Origin: a bacterium
GTDB lineage: Bacteria > UBA10199 > 2-02-FULL-44-16 > JAAZCA01
NCBI GenBank assembly: GCA_963674695.2
Contig: CAXXGI010000001.1
Coordinates: forward strand, 800,001-864,000
DNA length: 64,000 nt
Reading direction: 5' to 3'
The stretch's first letter is position 1. Each line of letters starts with the position of its first letter. Positions 19,105-29,387 of the stretch are shown in pieces. The notes under the pieces are model-generated. The model did not search any database, was not told the origin of the DNA, and worked only from the letters and a program-made list of their open reading frames with translations. Position numbers and translations under genes: made by a program.

Positions 19105-19188
19105 AGTCACGAGTTACGAGTTACGAGTCACGAGTCACGAGTCACGAGTCACGAGTTACGAGTTACGAGTTACGAGTTACGAGTTACG
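19105..19188. repeat. Heptamer tandem repeat (AGTYACG) x12
   Basis: 12 consecutive agtcacg/agttacg units between the XRE and TPR genes. Confidence 0.95.
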
Positions 19189-19196
19189 GCTCTTTG

Positions 19197-19415
19197 TCAC
19201 CCCTCTGGAAAGAGACGATTCTTGTCGGTGAGCTTGAGGCCCAAGGCAAGCAGGATCTTGCGCTTGGTGTCCATGCGACAGGGCATACCGTTTTCGACGC
19301 GATCGATGGTGAGGGCAGAGAGCCCAGCCTTGCGAGCGAGTTCAGCCTTGCTCATGAGGAGATCTTCGCGACACTTGCGAACGTTGTTGGAGATGATTAT
19401 CGTTTCCTTCGTCAT
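19197..19415 (-). CDS. XRE-family helix-turn-helix regulator
   Basis: NVRKCREDLLMSKAELARKAGLSALTIDRVENG. Confidence 0.88.
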   Translation of the reverse strand: MTKETIIISNNVRKCREDLLMSKAELARKAGLSALTIDRVENGMPCRMDTKRKILLALGLKLTDKNRLFPEG

Positions 19416-19620
19416 AAATCCGTTCCACCCTTCTTCTTTATAGTGTCATTCCGTTTTCGGCATCAGCTGTGGATAATTATTCCGCTAAATTGGATGAATC
19501 GTCAAGCGTTCATGTATAATTTTCTAAAATTATACGATATTATCATTAATTGACATGAAGATTATGCTGTAAAGCAATGGAAATAAAACAGATATTTTGT
19601 AAATATAAATACTGAAAATA

Positions 19621-20472
19621 CTACGAGAACAGACCTATGTACCAGGTGAGAAAGAGACGACCGACAAAGAGGTAGATGAGTCCCGCAAGGGCCAAAAAGG
19701 GACCATACGGAATGGCGTATTTGAAATCGCGTCGCAGGATGAGGATCAGCCCCACGCCGACGATCGACCCGAGGATGGAGGAGGTCAGCAACATCAACAG
19801 CGCTGCGCGCCATCCGAAGAAGGCGCCGAGCATCGCCATGAGTTTGACGTCGCCACCGCCGAGTCCCTCCTGGTGACGCACGCGTTCGTAAACCGTCGCC
19901 ACGAGATAGAGGAGCCCACCGCCGACGAGCGCCCCGGCAAACGACTCGAGCAGGGCGCGACCGTAGTGCCCCTGCCCCTCCAGGATGGTGAAAATGGCCA
20001 TACCGGTAAAAATTCCGGGAATGGAGATGACATCGGGGATGATGCGACAATCCAGATCGATGACGGTGATGATGACGAGCGGAACGATGAGAAAGATAAA
20101 ATAGAGCAGAAACGGAAGCGGTTGGCGAAAATACCACCAGGAAAAGAGTGCCAGGACGATGCAGGCCAACTCGACCAGGGGATAGCGCAGCGCAATCGAT
20201 GCATGACAGGCGCGACAGCGCCCCCGCAACACGAGGTAACTGATCAGCGGCACGTTCTCCCACCAGGAGAGGCGATGCGAACACTTCGGACAATGCGACG
20301 GCGGCCAGAAGAGGATCTTCACCGAGGGCCAGAACGCCTCCTCCTGAGGCAGACGCACGATACAGACGTTGGCAAAGCTCCCCAGAATTGCGCCAATGAA
20401 TCCCGCGCAGAGATAAAACGCCCACGATGGCCAATTAGCAATGATCGATATCATAGCCGGAACGTACCACAT
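19621..20472 (-). CDS. pilD: Prepilin peptidase/N-methyltransferase
   Basis: GSFANVCIVRLP, SHCPKC..RCRAC, IDLD..IIPD, GGGDVKL, IPYGPFL. Confidence 0.95.
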   Translation of the reverse strand: MWYVPAMISIIANWPSWAFYLCAGFIGAILGSFANVCIVRLPQEEAFWPSVKILFWPPSHCPKCSHRLSWWENVPLISYLVLRGRCRACHASIALRYPLVELACIVLALFSWWYFRQPLPFLLYFIFLIVPLVIITVIDLDCRIIPDVISIPGIFTGMAIFTILEGQGHYGRALLESFAGALVGGGLLYLVATVYERVRHQEGLGGGDVKLMAMLGAFFGWRAALLMLLTSSILGSIVGVGLILILRRDFKYAIPYGPFLALAGLIYLFVGRLFLTWYIGLFS

Positions 20473-20586
20473 CGCGCCCCGAAAAAAAATGCCGAGGTTT
20501 CGCCCTTCCCCCTTCGCCCTTCACGGTTTTTAGGCCCTTGCCTCACTTGAAACCCTGTGTTAGAGCCGGATGCGAGGGGGGAGGCC

Positions 20587-20892
20587 ATGACGACCAAACC
20601 GCCAAGACCGGAGAAAGCCTACTTCGGCAAGCAGGACTTCAAGAAGCGACAGAAAATCGCGGAGACCCAGCGCGAAGAGAGCGAGCTGGCCGAGAAGTCG
20701 AGGCTCAAGCAGTTGCATTGGCGTCGCTGCGGAAACTGTGGGGGCGAACTCGAGAGCATCCCCTTCAAGGGCGAAACCGTCTTCAGATGCCCCGGCTGCG
20801 GAGCAGCCCTGCTCCTCAAAGATACCCTGAAACAGCTCTGTGGCGAAGAGAGCCGCTTCTTCGACAGTCTCCTGGACCTCTTTAAATTCTGA
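20587..20892 (+). CDS. zf-TFIIB-like zinc ribbon protein
   Basis: HWRRCGNCG..RCPGCG; RBS ggagg; abuts gatC. Confidence 0.75.
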   Translation: MTTKPPRPEKAYFGKQDFKKRQKIAETQREESELAEKSRLKQLHWRRCGNCGGELESIPFKGETVFRCPGCGAALLLKDTLKQLCGEESRFFDSLLDLFKF

Positions 20893-21203
20893 TGACCACC
20901 ACCAAACAGACCGACATCCGTGCTATCGTCAAACGCACCTCTGAGCTGGCCCGACTCTCCCTTCCCCCTGAGGAGGAGGAGCGTTTCATCGCCAAGGCCC
21001 GTGCGCTGCTCGACTATGTGGAACAGCTTGGAGAACTCGACACGACGGGAATCGAACCGACCGCGCATGCGGTCGCCTTCGCACAGGTGCTTCGCGAAGA
21101 CGTCCCCATCGCGTCGGAGAAGGCCGCGACCATTCTCGAGGCGGCGCCCGAGCGCGACGGCCCCTACGTCCAGGTGCCCAAGGTGATCGACAGTGAGCAA
21201 TAA
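20892..21203 (+). CDS. gatC: Asp/Glu-tRNA amidotransferase subunit C
   Basis: [22 protein letters not shown]; upstream of gatA. Confidence 0.95.
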   Translation: MTTTKQTDIRAIVKRTSELARLSLPPEEEERFIAKARALLDYVEQLGELDTTGIEPTAHAVAFAQVLREDVPIASEKAATILEAAPERDGPYVQVPKVIDSEQ

Positions 21204-22674
21204 GAACCCATCCTCAGATCTGCGCGACCGCACGATCGCTGAACTCGCTTCGCTTCTGCATGCGCGCGAGATCTCTGCGCGCGAGGTGACCGAAACCTAC
21301 CTGGCCGAAATCTCCACGCGCGATGAGACGCTTGGCTGCTATCTCACCCAGACGCGCGAACGCGCGCTCGCTCAGGCCGACGCCGCCGATGCACGTCTGA
21401 GCGCGGGCACAGACCTCACGCCGCTCACCGGCATCCCCATCGCGCTCAAAGATATTTACCTCACCGAAGGCGTGCGCACGACCTGCGCCTCGCGCATCCT
21501 CGAAGACTATATCGCCACCTACGACGGAACCGCAGTGGCGAAACTACGAGCGGCGGGCACGGTCCTGTTGGGCAAGCTCAACATGGATGAATTCGCTATG
21601 GGCAGCTCGAACGAACACTCCGCCTTCGGGCCGGTGCGCAACCCCTGGAACACCGACTATGTCCCGGGCGGATCGAGCGGGGGCTCCGCCGCCGCAGTGG
21701 CCGCGGGTCTGGCCGCAGGGACGTTCGGTACCGATACCGGCGGGTCGATCCGACAGCCTGCAGCCCATTGCGGCGTGGTCGGCATCAAGCCGACCTACGG
21801 AAGGGTCAGCCGCTTCGGCGTGATCGCGTTTGCCAGTTCGCTCGACCAGGTCGGGCCCTTGGCCCGCACCGTGCGCGATGCCGCGCTCCTGTTGGAGGCT
21901 GTGGCCGGTCACGACCCCCATGATGCCACCTCGATCCCTGCACCGGTTCCCTGTTATGCCGATGCGCTCACCGGAGACGTCAACGGCCGCATCATCGGCC
22001 TGCCCCGTGAATATTTCGGCGAGGGCATCGATGCGGAGGTCGTCGTGGCGGTCAAGAAGGCCGCCGCCCACCTCGAGGGCATGGGGGCGAAGATCGAGGA
22101 GATCTCGCTCCCGCACACGCGTTATGCCGTCCCCTGCTACTATATCATCGCCCCGGCCGAGGCCTCCTCGAACCTGGCGCGCTACGATGGCATCCGCTAC
22201 GGCCTGCGCGTCAACACCGGCGGCGACCTGGACGAACTCTACGAGGCCACGCGGACGCAGGGCTTCGGCCCGGAGGTGCGGCTGCGGATCATCGTCGGCA
22301 CGTTCGTCCTCTCGTCGGGCTACTACGACGCCTATTACCGCAAGGCGCAGCAGGTGCGCACGCTGATCAAAGAGGACTTTACGAAGGCCTTCGAGCGCTG
22401 CGATGCGATCCTCGGTCCGGTCACGCCCACACCACCCTTCAAGCTGAATGAAAAAATCGACGACCCGATTGCGATGTACATGAGCGATGTGCTGACCATC
22501 CCCACGAGCCTTGCAGGGCTGCCCGGCATGTCGCTCCCCTGCGGGATCTCGAAGGCGGGGCTCCCCATCGGCCTACAGCTGATCGGAAAACCCTTGGAGG
22601 AAGCGACGATTCTCAACATCGCGCACGCATACGAACAATCGACGGAGTGGCATAGGAAGGTACCGGTTCGATAG
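21193..22674 (+). CDS. gatA: Asp/Glu-tRNA amidotransferase subunit A
   Basis: Amidase signature [28 protein letters not shown]. Confidence 0.98.
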   Translation: MSNKNPSSDLRDRTIAELASLLHAREISAREVTETYLAEISTRDETLGCYLTQTRERALAQADAADARLSAGTDLTPLTGIPIALKDIYLTEGVRTTCASRILEDYIATYDGTAVAKLRAAGTVLLGKLNMDEFAMGSSNEHSAFGPVRNPWNTDYVPGGSSGGSAAAVAAGLAAGTFGTDTGGSIRQPAAHCGVVGIKPTYGRVSRFGVIAFASSLDQVGPLARTVRDAALLLEAVAGHDPHDATSIPAPVPCYADALTGDVNGRIIGLPREYFGEGIDAEVVVAVKKAAAHLEGMGAKIEEISLPHTRYAVPCYYIIAPAEASSNLARYDGIRYGLRVNTGGDLDELYEATRTQGFGPEVRLRIIVGTFVLSSGYYDAYYRKAQQVRTLIKEDFTKAFERCDAILGPVTPTPPFKLNEKIDDPIAMYMSDVLTIPTSLAGLPGMSLPCGISKAGLPIGLQLIGKPLEEATILNIAHAYEQSTEWHRKVPVR

Positions 22675-22807
22675 TCCGATAGTCCGATGGTTCGTCGGTT
22701 ACAGCGTTTCGATTCCATGGTAGAGCGTCAAGCTGCATCGAACCATCGAACCATCGAACCATCGAACCATCGAACCATCGAACCATCGAACCATCGAACC
22801 ATCGAAC
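22665..22807. repeat. Inverted 8-mer tandem-repeat junction element (gatA-gatB)
   Basis: Left arm ggttcgat/agtccgat, core, then CATCGAAC x9. 22689-22752 matches 57471-57534 at 58/64. Confidence 0.9.
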
Positions 22808-22813
22808 GCATTT

Positions 22814-24250
22814 ATGACCACATACGAAACCATCATCGGACTTGAAGTGCATGCGCAGCTGGCCACGCGCAGCAAGATGTACTGCGCCTGCTCCACCAAT
22901 TTCGGCGACGCACCCAACACGAATATCTGCCCGGTCTGCATGGCCCAGCCCGGCGCGCTGCCGGTGGTCAACGAGCGCGCCATCGAGATGGCGATCAAAG
23001 CGGGGCTGGCCGTCGGCTGTGCGATTCAGCGCACGAGTGTCTTCGCGCGCAAGAACTACTTCTATCCGGATCTCACCAAGGGGTATCAGATCTCCCAGTA
23101 CGACAAGCCCCTCTGCCTCGGCGGAGCGATCGAGATCCACACGGGGGGAGCAATCCGCCGCATCGGCATCACGCGCATCCACCTCGAGGAGGATGCGGGA
23201 AAATCGCTGCACGATATGGGGCATCCCACGCAGAGCCACATCGACTTCAACCGCTGCGGCATGCCGCTCATCGAGATCGTCTCCGAGCCCGACATGCGGT
23301 CGCCACAGGAGGCGGGCGACTACCTGCGCACGCTGCGCAACGTGCTCGTCTATCTCGAGGTCTGCGAAGGCAACCTCCAGGAGGGAAACTTCCGCTGCGA
23401 CGCCAATATCTCGATCCGCCCGGTCGGACAGGAAAAGCTCGGCACGCGCACCGAGATGAAAAACCTCAACTCCTACCGCGCGGTCGAGCGGGCGATCGCC
23501 TTCGAGGCCAAGCGCCAACAAGAGGTAATTGAAAGCGGCGGAACTATCGTTCAGGAGACGCGTCTGTGGAACGATGCCGCCGGGCGCACCGAACCGATGC
23601 GCAGCAAGGAAGAGGCGCACGACTACCGCTATTTTCCCGATCCGGATCTCTTGCCGCTCGTGGTCGAAGACGACTGGATCGATCGCATGCGGATCGGTCT
23701 TCCGGAGCTGGCCGATGCACGACGCGCACGGTTCGTGGCCGAATTCGAAATCCCGGATGCAGATGCGGGAGTTCTCACCGATGATCGCGCGATCGCCGAT
23801 TATTTCGAGTCGACGGTACGTGCCGGCGCCCCGGCGAAGAAGGCGGCCAATTGGATTATTTCGGAGCTCATGCGCGAGATCAAGGAAGACGAACGCGGCA
23901 TCGCCGCCTGTCCGATCACGCCGGAACACTTGGCTGAACTCATCGCCCTCATTGAAAAAGGAACCCTCTCCGGGAAGATGGCCAAGGAAGTCTTCGCCGA
24001 GATGTTCCAGACGGGGACTGCGCCAGAGGCCATCGTCGAGAAGAAGGGGCTTTCACAGGTCAGCGATGCCGGCGAACTCGAAGCCGTGATCGAAGGGGTC
24101 ATCGCCGACAATCCGAAACAGCTCGAACAATACCGCAGCGGCAAGACGGCGGTCTTGGCCTTCTTCGTCGGCCAGACGATGAAGGCGACGAAAGGCAAAG
24201 CCAATCCGAAATTGGTGAATGAGATTTTGAAAAAGAAACTAGGATCATAA
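22814..24250 (+). CDS. gatB: Asp/Glu-tRNA amidotransferase subunit B
   Basis: IGLEVHAQL, RKNYFYPDL, HLEEDAG, DYRYFPDPDL. Confidence 0.98.
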   Translation: MTTYETIIGLEVHAQLATRSKMYCACSTNFGDAPNTNICPVCMAQPGALPVVNERAIEMAIKAGLAVGCAIQRTSVFARKNYFYPDLTKGYQISQYDKPLCLGGAIEIHTGGAIRRIGITRIHLEEDAGKSLHDMGHPTQSHIDFNRCGMPLIEIVSEPDMRSPQEAGDYLRTLRNVLVYLEVCEGNLQEGNFRCDANISIRPVGQEKLGTRTEMKNLNSYRAVERAIAFEAKRQQEVIESGGTIVQETRLWNDAAGRTEPMRSKEEAHDYRYFPDPDLLPLVVEDDWIDRMRIGLPELADARRARFVAEFEIPDADAGVLTDDRAIADYFESTVRAGAPAKKAANWIISELMREIKEDERGIAACPITPEHLAELIALIEKGTLSGKMAKEVFAEMFQTGTAPEAIVEKKGLSQVSDAGELEAVIEGVIADNPKQLEQYRSGKTAVLAFFVGQTMKATKGKANPKLVNEILKKKLGS

Positions 24251-24306
24251 ATCCAAATGTCGAATGTCGCTGTATTTGAATTTCGGATTTTGGATTTTTG
24301 ATTTGC
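24249..24306. repeat. Degenerate inverted heptamer element (gatB-mtnA)
   Basis: aaatcca-aatgtcg-aatgtcg .. tttgaat-ttcggat-tttggat-ttttgat. Confidence 0.6.
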
Positions 24307-24320
24307 GAACGAGGTGAGCT

Positions 24321-25361
24321 ATGGACATCATCAAAACCATCGAGTGGAAGGACGATCGCGTCGTCATGCTGGATCAGCGCAAACTGCCGCGCGAAGAGGT
24401 CTATAAAACCTATGAAGATTACCTGGGCGTGGCCAACGCGATCTCCAGCATGGTGATCCGCGGGGCCCCTGCCATCGGCGTGGCCGCAGCCATGGGCGTG
24501 GCACTCGGAGCCATGGGCATCGGCGTCGAAGATTTCGATTCCTACTATGCCAAGCTCGAAGGAATCTGTGATCGCCTGGCGCAGACACGACCGACGGCGG
24601 TCAACCTCTTCTGGGCGCTCGAGCGCATGAAGCGCTGCGCGCTCGCGCAGAAGGACCAGCCGATGTCGGAGATCACCGCTGCGCTCAAGCAGGAGGCGCT
24701 GACCATCTATGCCGAGGACATCGAATCGAATCGCCGCATTGGCCGCAACGGGGAGAAGCTCTTAAACGATGGCATGACGGTGCTCACCCACTGCAACGCC
24801 GGCGCCTTGGCCACCGCCGGCTACGGCACGGCACTGGGCGTCATCTATTCCGCCTCCGATGCGGGCAAACGCATCCACGTCATCGCCGATGAAACCCGCC
24901 CGCGCCTGCAAGGCGCACAGCTCACCGCGTGGGAGCTGCAGAAGCACGGCCTGGAGGTCACCGTCATCAGCGACACCATGGCCGGATCGCTCATGGCAAA
25001 GGGAATGATCGACGCCTGCATCGTCGGCGCCGATCGCATCGCCGCCAACGGGGATGTTGCCAACAAGATCGGCACCTATCAGGTCGCGGTCTTGGCGGGG
25101 CGACACCGCATTCCCTTCTATGTCGCCGCACCCCTGTCCACGATCGATCCGAAGATCGCTTCGGGCGAGGAGATTCCAATCGAGGAACGCGATCCACGCG
25201 AGGTCACCCACATCGGTCAGCTGCAGGTAACCCCCGACCACGTCAAGATCATCAACCCCGCCTTCGACGTCACGCCCGCCGAACTCGTCACCGCCATCAT
25301 CACGGAACGCGGCATCATCGAGGCACCCTATACGAAATCGATCGCGACACTCTTTGAATGA
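24321..25361 (+). CDS. mtnA: S-methyl-5-thioribose-1-phosphate isomerase
   Basis: [43 protein letters not shown]. Confidence 0.97.
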   Translation: MDIIKTIEWKDDRVVMLDQRKLPREEVYKTYEDYLGVANAISSMVIRGAPAIGVAAAMGVALGAMGIGVEDFDSYYAKLEGICDRLAQTRPTAVNLFWALERMKRCALAQKDQPMSEITAALKQEALTIYAEDIESNRRIGRNGEKLLNDGMTVLTHCNAGALATAGYGTALGVIYSASDAGKRIHVIADETRPRLQGAQLTAWELQKHGLEVTVISDTMAGSLMAKGMIDACIVGADRIAANGDVANKIGTYQVAVLAGRHRIPFYVAAPLSTIDPKIASGEEIPIEERDPREVTHIGQLQVTPDHVKIINPAFDVTPAELVTAIITERGIIEAPYTKSIATLFE

Positions 25362-25429
25362 CGAAAGGGCCGATCCGTCGATCGGCCCTCCGGAAAAGGA
25401 GAGGAACTCCACCAAGTCCCTCGAAGAGT

Positions 25430-25684
25430 TTAGTTGAGTGACTCCTTCTGCATAACCTCATATAAAACATTGCGCGGCTTGACCCCCGTGACCACCTTCA
25501 CTGGCTCTGTATCGCTCGGCGTATTGAGGATGTGATAGAGGGGCGAGTTGCGACGCGCTCGATGAGGGATGTAGATACCGCCGCAGGAGAGCACCGTCGG
25601 GTTGCGCTTGGCTCCCTCGGGGGGATCCTCGCGATAGATCTGCCGGATGATGACTTCACTCAGTGTTTTCTGCGATTGTCCCAT
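25430..25684 (-). CDS. Small hypothetical protein (84 aa)
   Basis: ORF with ggagg/ggaagg RBS directly behind a consensus sigma54 promoter. Confidence 0.6.
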   Translation of the reverse strand: MGQSQKTLSEVIIRQIYREDPPEGAKRNPTVLSCGGIYIPHRARRNSPLYHILNTPSDTEPVKVVTGVKPRNVLYEVMQKESLN

Positions 25685-25711
25685 AACCACCGCCTTCCAC
25701 CCTCCTTCTAA

Positions 25712-25727
25712 AGCAAGGAGCGTGCCA
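25712..25727 (-). promoter_or_regulatory. Sigma54 -24/-12 promoter
   Basis: Minus strand TGGCACGCTCCTTGCT; TGTC-N8-GACA at 25833-25848 upstream. Confidence 0.8.
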
Positions 25728-25871
25728 GCAGGGCACCCGGACGAGAATCGAGGTAATAGCTTGAATTATTGAGGAATTAACGAGGTTCCAATTCTATCAG
25801 AGGACCGCCAGACCGCCAACTTTGACCCAGAGTGTCAAAAAAAGCGACAACCGCCCTGAGGATCAAAATCA

Positions 25872-27704
25872 TCATGATGTCATCGTCTGAGCCCACTCAT
25901 GGATGCGAATGGCGAGATCCTTTGAGATACCGGGAACGGCAACGATTTCTTCGACCGTTGCGCACCGCACGCCGTCGAGTCCGCCGAACCGATCCAGCAA
26001 TACCTTGCGCCGCTTTGGCCCCAGGCCGGGAATGACATCGAGTGGAGAGGCGATTGCCTGTTTGCCATGACGGCGGCGGTGCGCGGTGATGCCGAAACGA
26101 TGGGCTTCATCGCGCACGCGCATGAGAAAGAGGAGTTCCTTGGAACCGCGTTTGAAGTTGAGGGGATTTTTGCGCCCCGGGATGAAGATGCGGTCGGCGT
26201 GTCCCTTCTTCTCGCCCTTGGCGATCGCCGCCGTCGGAATCTCGAGCGAGAGTTCCTCCAGGACGCGCTGCGCAACGGCGAGCTGGCCCTTGCCGCCATC
26301 GACGAGAAGAAGGTCAGGTAGCGGACGATCGATGGCAGTGCCGGAACGCTCAGGCGCGCGATCCTCGGCGGCAAATCTGCGCATGAGGACTTCATGCATC
26401 ATGCCGTAATCGTCGGGCGTGGAGATCGTCTGGATATTATAGATGCGATACCCCTTCTTGTCCGGCTCGCCGTCGAGAAAGCTTACGAGCGAACCGACCG
26501 CCTCAAGGCCCTGCAAATTGGAGATGTCGAGGCACTCGATACGGCTCGGCGCCGATGAGAGCCCAAGTTTTCGTCCCACGCGGTCGAGCGTGTCCGACTC
26601 GTCGCGTCGTGCTGCCTGGGCGACGATCGCCTCGCGCGCATTGGTCAGCGCCAACTCCACGAGCCGCCTCTTCTCCCCTTTCTGGGGTACTGTCACCGAA
26701 ACCTTTGCACCGCGACGTTCGGAGAGAACCTGGGCGATGATCGCCTGTCCCTCGACGGAATGCGACAACAACAGCCGCGAGGGAATTCTCAGTTCCTCCC
26801 GATAGTGTTGCAGGAGAAACTCCTCCACGAGCTGTGCATCATCGCCGGCCATATTGCCGATAGGAAAAATCTGCCGCCCGATGAGCGTACCGGCACGCAC
26901 GCGCAAGACGCAGATCGCAGCGCGCTCCTTCACGTGTGCAAGAACAACCGCGTCCTGATCGCCTCCATGATGGCGCACGACCTTCTGCCCCTCGATGAGC
27001 CCCTTCAGGTGCGCAATCGCATCGCGCAGACGAGCCGCATCCTCATAGCGCTGCTCCTCCGAGACCTGTTTCATCTGTCGTTCTAAACGGCGAATGAGTT
27101 CACGACTGTGCCCCTGCAGAAAGAACTCGGCATCGGCGACCTGTTCGGCATAGAGCTCGCGCGAAATCTTTCCCACACACGGCGCTGTGCATCGGCCGAT
27201 GTCGTACTTGAGACAGGGGCGCACACGGTTGGCAAACTCTCGATCGGTGCAGGTGCGCACCTGCAAAAACCTTGTGATCACATCGATCGCCTCCCGCGCG
27301 GCGAGCCCCGAGTCGTATGGGCCGAAATAGCGCGCGCCATCCTTGCGCACGTGCCGGGTGAGCATGATGCCGGGGCTTTCGTGGTCGTATCCGATGCGGA
27401 TGGAGATATAGCTCTTGTCGTCGCGCAGGTGGATGTTGTAGCGCGGGCGATGTTCTTTGATCAGCGTGTTCTCGAGGAGCAGCGCCTCTTTTTCGGTATC
27501 GGTGACGATGAAGGCGATGTCCGCCGTCCGACGAAGGAGAAACTGCACCTGGGGACGTTCGTCGCGACCGGGCACGAAATAGCTGCGCACGCGATCGCGA
27601 AGCCGCTTGGCCTTGCCGACATAGAGTACGGCCCCCTTGGCATCCTTGAAGAGATAGACGCCCGGCTTTCGAGGAAAGGAACGAACTGTATCGGCAAGCG
27701 ACAT
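25872..27704 (-). CDS. uvrC: Excinuclease ABC subunit C
   Basis: PGVYLFK..YVGKAK (GIY-YIG), IECLDIS, DGGKGQ, RDEAHRF, HhH. Confidence 0.98.
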   Translation of the reverse strand: MSLADTVRSFPRKPGVYLFKDAKGAVLYVGKAKRLRDRVRSYFVPGRDERPQVQFLLRRTADIAFIVTDTEKEALLLENTLIKEHRPRYNIHLRDDKSYISIRIGYDHESPGIMLTRHVRKDGARYFGPYDSGLAAREAIDVITRFLQVRTCTDREFANRVRPCLKYDIGRCTAPCVGKISRELYAEQVADAEFFLQGHSRELIRRLERQMKQVSEEQRYEDAARLRDAIAHLKGLIEGQKVVRHHGGDQDAVVLAHVKERAAICVLRVRAGTLIGRQIFPIGNMAGDDAQLVEEFLLQHYREELRIPSRLLLSHSVEGQAIIAQVLSERRGAKVSVTVPQKGEKRRLVELALTNAREAIVAQAARRDESDTLDRVGRKLGLSSAPSRIECLDISNLQGLEAVGSLVSFLDGEPDKKGYRIYNIQTISTPDDYGMMHEVLMRRFAAEDRAPERSGTAIDRPLPDLLLVDGGKGQLAVAQRVLEELSLEIPTAAIAKGEKKGHADRIFIPGRKNPLNFKRGSKELLFLMRVRDEAHRFGITAHRRRHGKQAIASPLDVIPGLGPKRRKVLLDRFGGLDGVRCATVEEIVAVPGISKDLAIRIHEWAQTMTS

Positions 27705-27790
27705 AGGTGGCGTTGAGCATAGCGCAAAGGACTGATTCAACTCAAAAGAAAACGCGGCTCCCTTAAGGAAGCCGCGTGAGAATCATGACA

Positions 27791-27870
27791 CCCCTCCTTT
27801 GTAAGGAGGGGACGGTGGAGAGAGATCGTGTCTCTACCCCACCCTAACCCTCCCCTTACAAAGGGGAGGG
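27791..27870. repeat. REP-like paired hairpins
   Basis: cccctcctt-tgt-aaggagggg and ccctcccctt-aca-aaggggaggg in inverted arrangement. Confidence 0.7.
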
Positions 27871-27877
27871 AAGACAC

Positions 27878-29098
27878 CTAGAAGATCGCTGAGGCCATCA
27901 GTGCCAGCATGTGCTTGTGATTGTTCGTCGTGCCGAAGATATCGTCGTAGTCGGTGGTAAAGGTATAGTCGAGCTGCAGCTTCATGTTGTTGCCGAAGAT
28001 ATAATAGTTGAGTCCCCCGCCGAACTGCCAGGCATCGTTGTCCGGACCCTGGCGAATGACCTGCCCCGCCTGTGCCGCGATCTCGAACTTCTTCGGAATG
28101 ATGTAGTAGCCCGCCGCCGCATAGTAGCCGATGTCGGTGAGTTTGCGGCGCTGTTCGATGAAGAAGGTCGGAATCTGCCGCCACTTGGTCCAGCGATAAT
28201 AGCCCTCAGTCGTGAAGGCAAACCCGGCCCAGCGCAGAGCCACGCCCAGGCTCGACGTCCACTGATAGTCAACCTGGAGGTTCTCGGTGAGCGTGATGCC
28301 GCCGATGGTCTGGTCGAAGGTTTCAGGCGCCTTGCGATTCTGATAATCCGATCCGATGCTGATGGTGAGCTGTGGCGTCGTGGAACAGGCGAAGTCGGTC
28401 ATGCTCCCCGGAACGGCACCGAGGATATTGACGCCCGTGCGCATGCCGAAGGAAAAGCGCTTGTTGTTGTTGATCGTATAGTCGTCTTCGGTCGCGTTGA
28501 CGATACCCACATCGTAGAACCACTTCCAGTAGCCGCCGTACATCCGAAGGCCAAGACCGGCAGGTGCACCGAATTCGGGACGCGACGGCGACTGGACGAT
28601 CTGCCCCGTCGTCGCATCGACGAGTTCACCCCCGTCGACCTGACGCGACGTGATGGGAGCTTCGTTCAGCAAGAACCACTTCGAACTCGTGTTCCCCATC
28701 AGATCGAGCGGCAGACCCACCATGCCGACCTCGACGGTGAACTCCGGAATGATATCGATCGCCGCCGTCGCCCCAACCACCTGAACGGTCTGGAACTGCG
28801 TCTCACCGACGGTGCTCGTGGCGTGCATGAGGGCAAACCCCACATGGCCGATCTCATGAATCGTCGCGCTCATACCGAGCAACGCACGCCGCAGCTGGAA
28901 GGAGATGCGATCCTTCGGATCGTTCACCGGGTTGCGCTCCCAGAAAACTTTTGTCTGGACGCGACCGCCCATCTTGAGTTTGAAGGTCTTCTCGTCGTTC
29001 TGCATGAAAAAACCGCCATCGTATCCGGCCTCGGCATGGACCAGCGTCGGCATGACGCAGAAGGCCAGCAACGCGACGATCATCAGAAAACGTTTCAT
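27878..29098 (-). CDS. Outer membrane porin (OprO/OprP-like)
   Basis: Signal peptide, GYDGGF..FKLKMGGRVQ, FQLRRA, GGLNYY..KLQLDY, terminal Phe. Confidence 0.8.
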   Translation of the reverse strand: MKRFLMIVALLAFCVMPTLVHAEAGYDGGFFMQNDEKTFKLKMGGRVQTKVFWERNPVNDPKDRISFQLRRALLGMSATIHEIGHVGFALMHATSTVGETQFQTVQVVGATAAIDIIPEFTVEVGMVGLPLDLMGNTSSKWFLLNEAPITSRQVDGGELVDATTGQIVQSPSRPEFGAPAGLGLRMYGGYWKWFYDVGIVNATEDDYTINNNKRFSFGMRTGVNILGAVPGSMTDFACSTTPQLTISIGSDYQNRKAPETFDQTIGGITLTENLQVDYQWTSSLGVALRWAGFAFTTEGYYRWTKWRQIPTFFIEQRRKLTDIGYYAAAGYYIIPKKFEIAAQAGQVIRQGPDNDAWQFGGGLNYYIFGNNMKLQLDYTFTTDYDDIFGTTNNHKHMLALMASAIF

Positions 29099-29232
29099 GA
29101 ACGAGTCTCCTTTCGCTCCGCAAAAAAACATACCGCAAGGAATGCTGATGTTTATCCGACTCTTCAGCGTTTTGTCAACGATATCAAACAACTCGTTAGA
29201 GTCTGTCGGGAAATGCTGATTTTGCCGATTTT

Positions 29233-29355
29233 TGTCATTCCCGCCCCCGATTAAATCACTCGAGGGTAAACTCCGGCGGGAATCTCGATTGACCCCTCAT
29301 AAGCGAGATTCCCGCTGGAGCCTGTCCTGAGCGTAGCCGAAGGGCGGGAATGACA
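29233..29355. repeat. REP/dRS3-like palindrome
   Basis: tgtcattcccgc..gcgggaatctcg..cgagattcccgc..gcgggaatgaca. Confidence 0.8.
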
Positions 29356-29387
29356 CCTTACCAAATGAGGACACGCCCTCGTTAGAA

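Noticed and set aside
19098-19553. ORF MTQSRVTSYESRVTSHE.. (also 22613-23929 and the N-terminal extension of 53687-54658)
   Set aside because: These are translations of microsatellite arrays and/or overlap real genes on the other strand.
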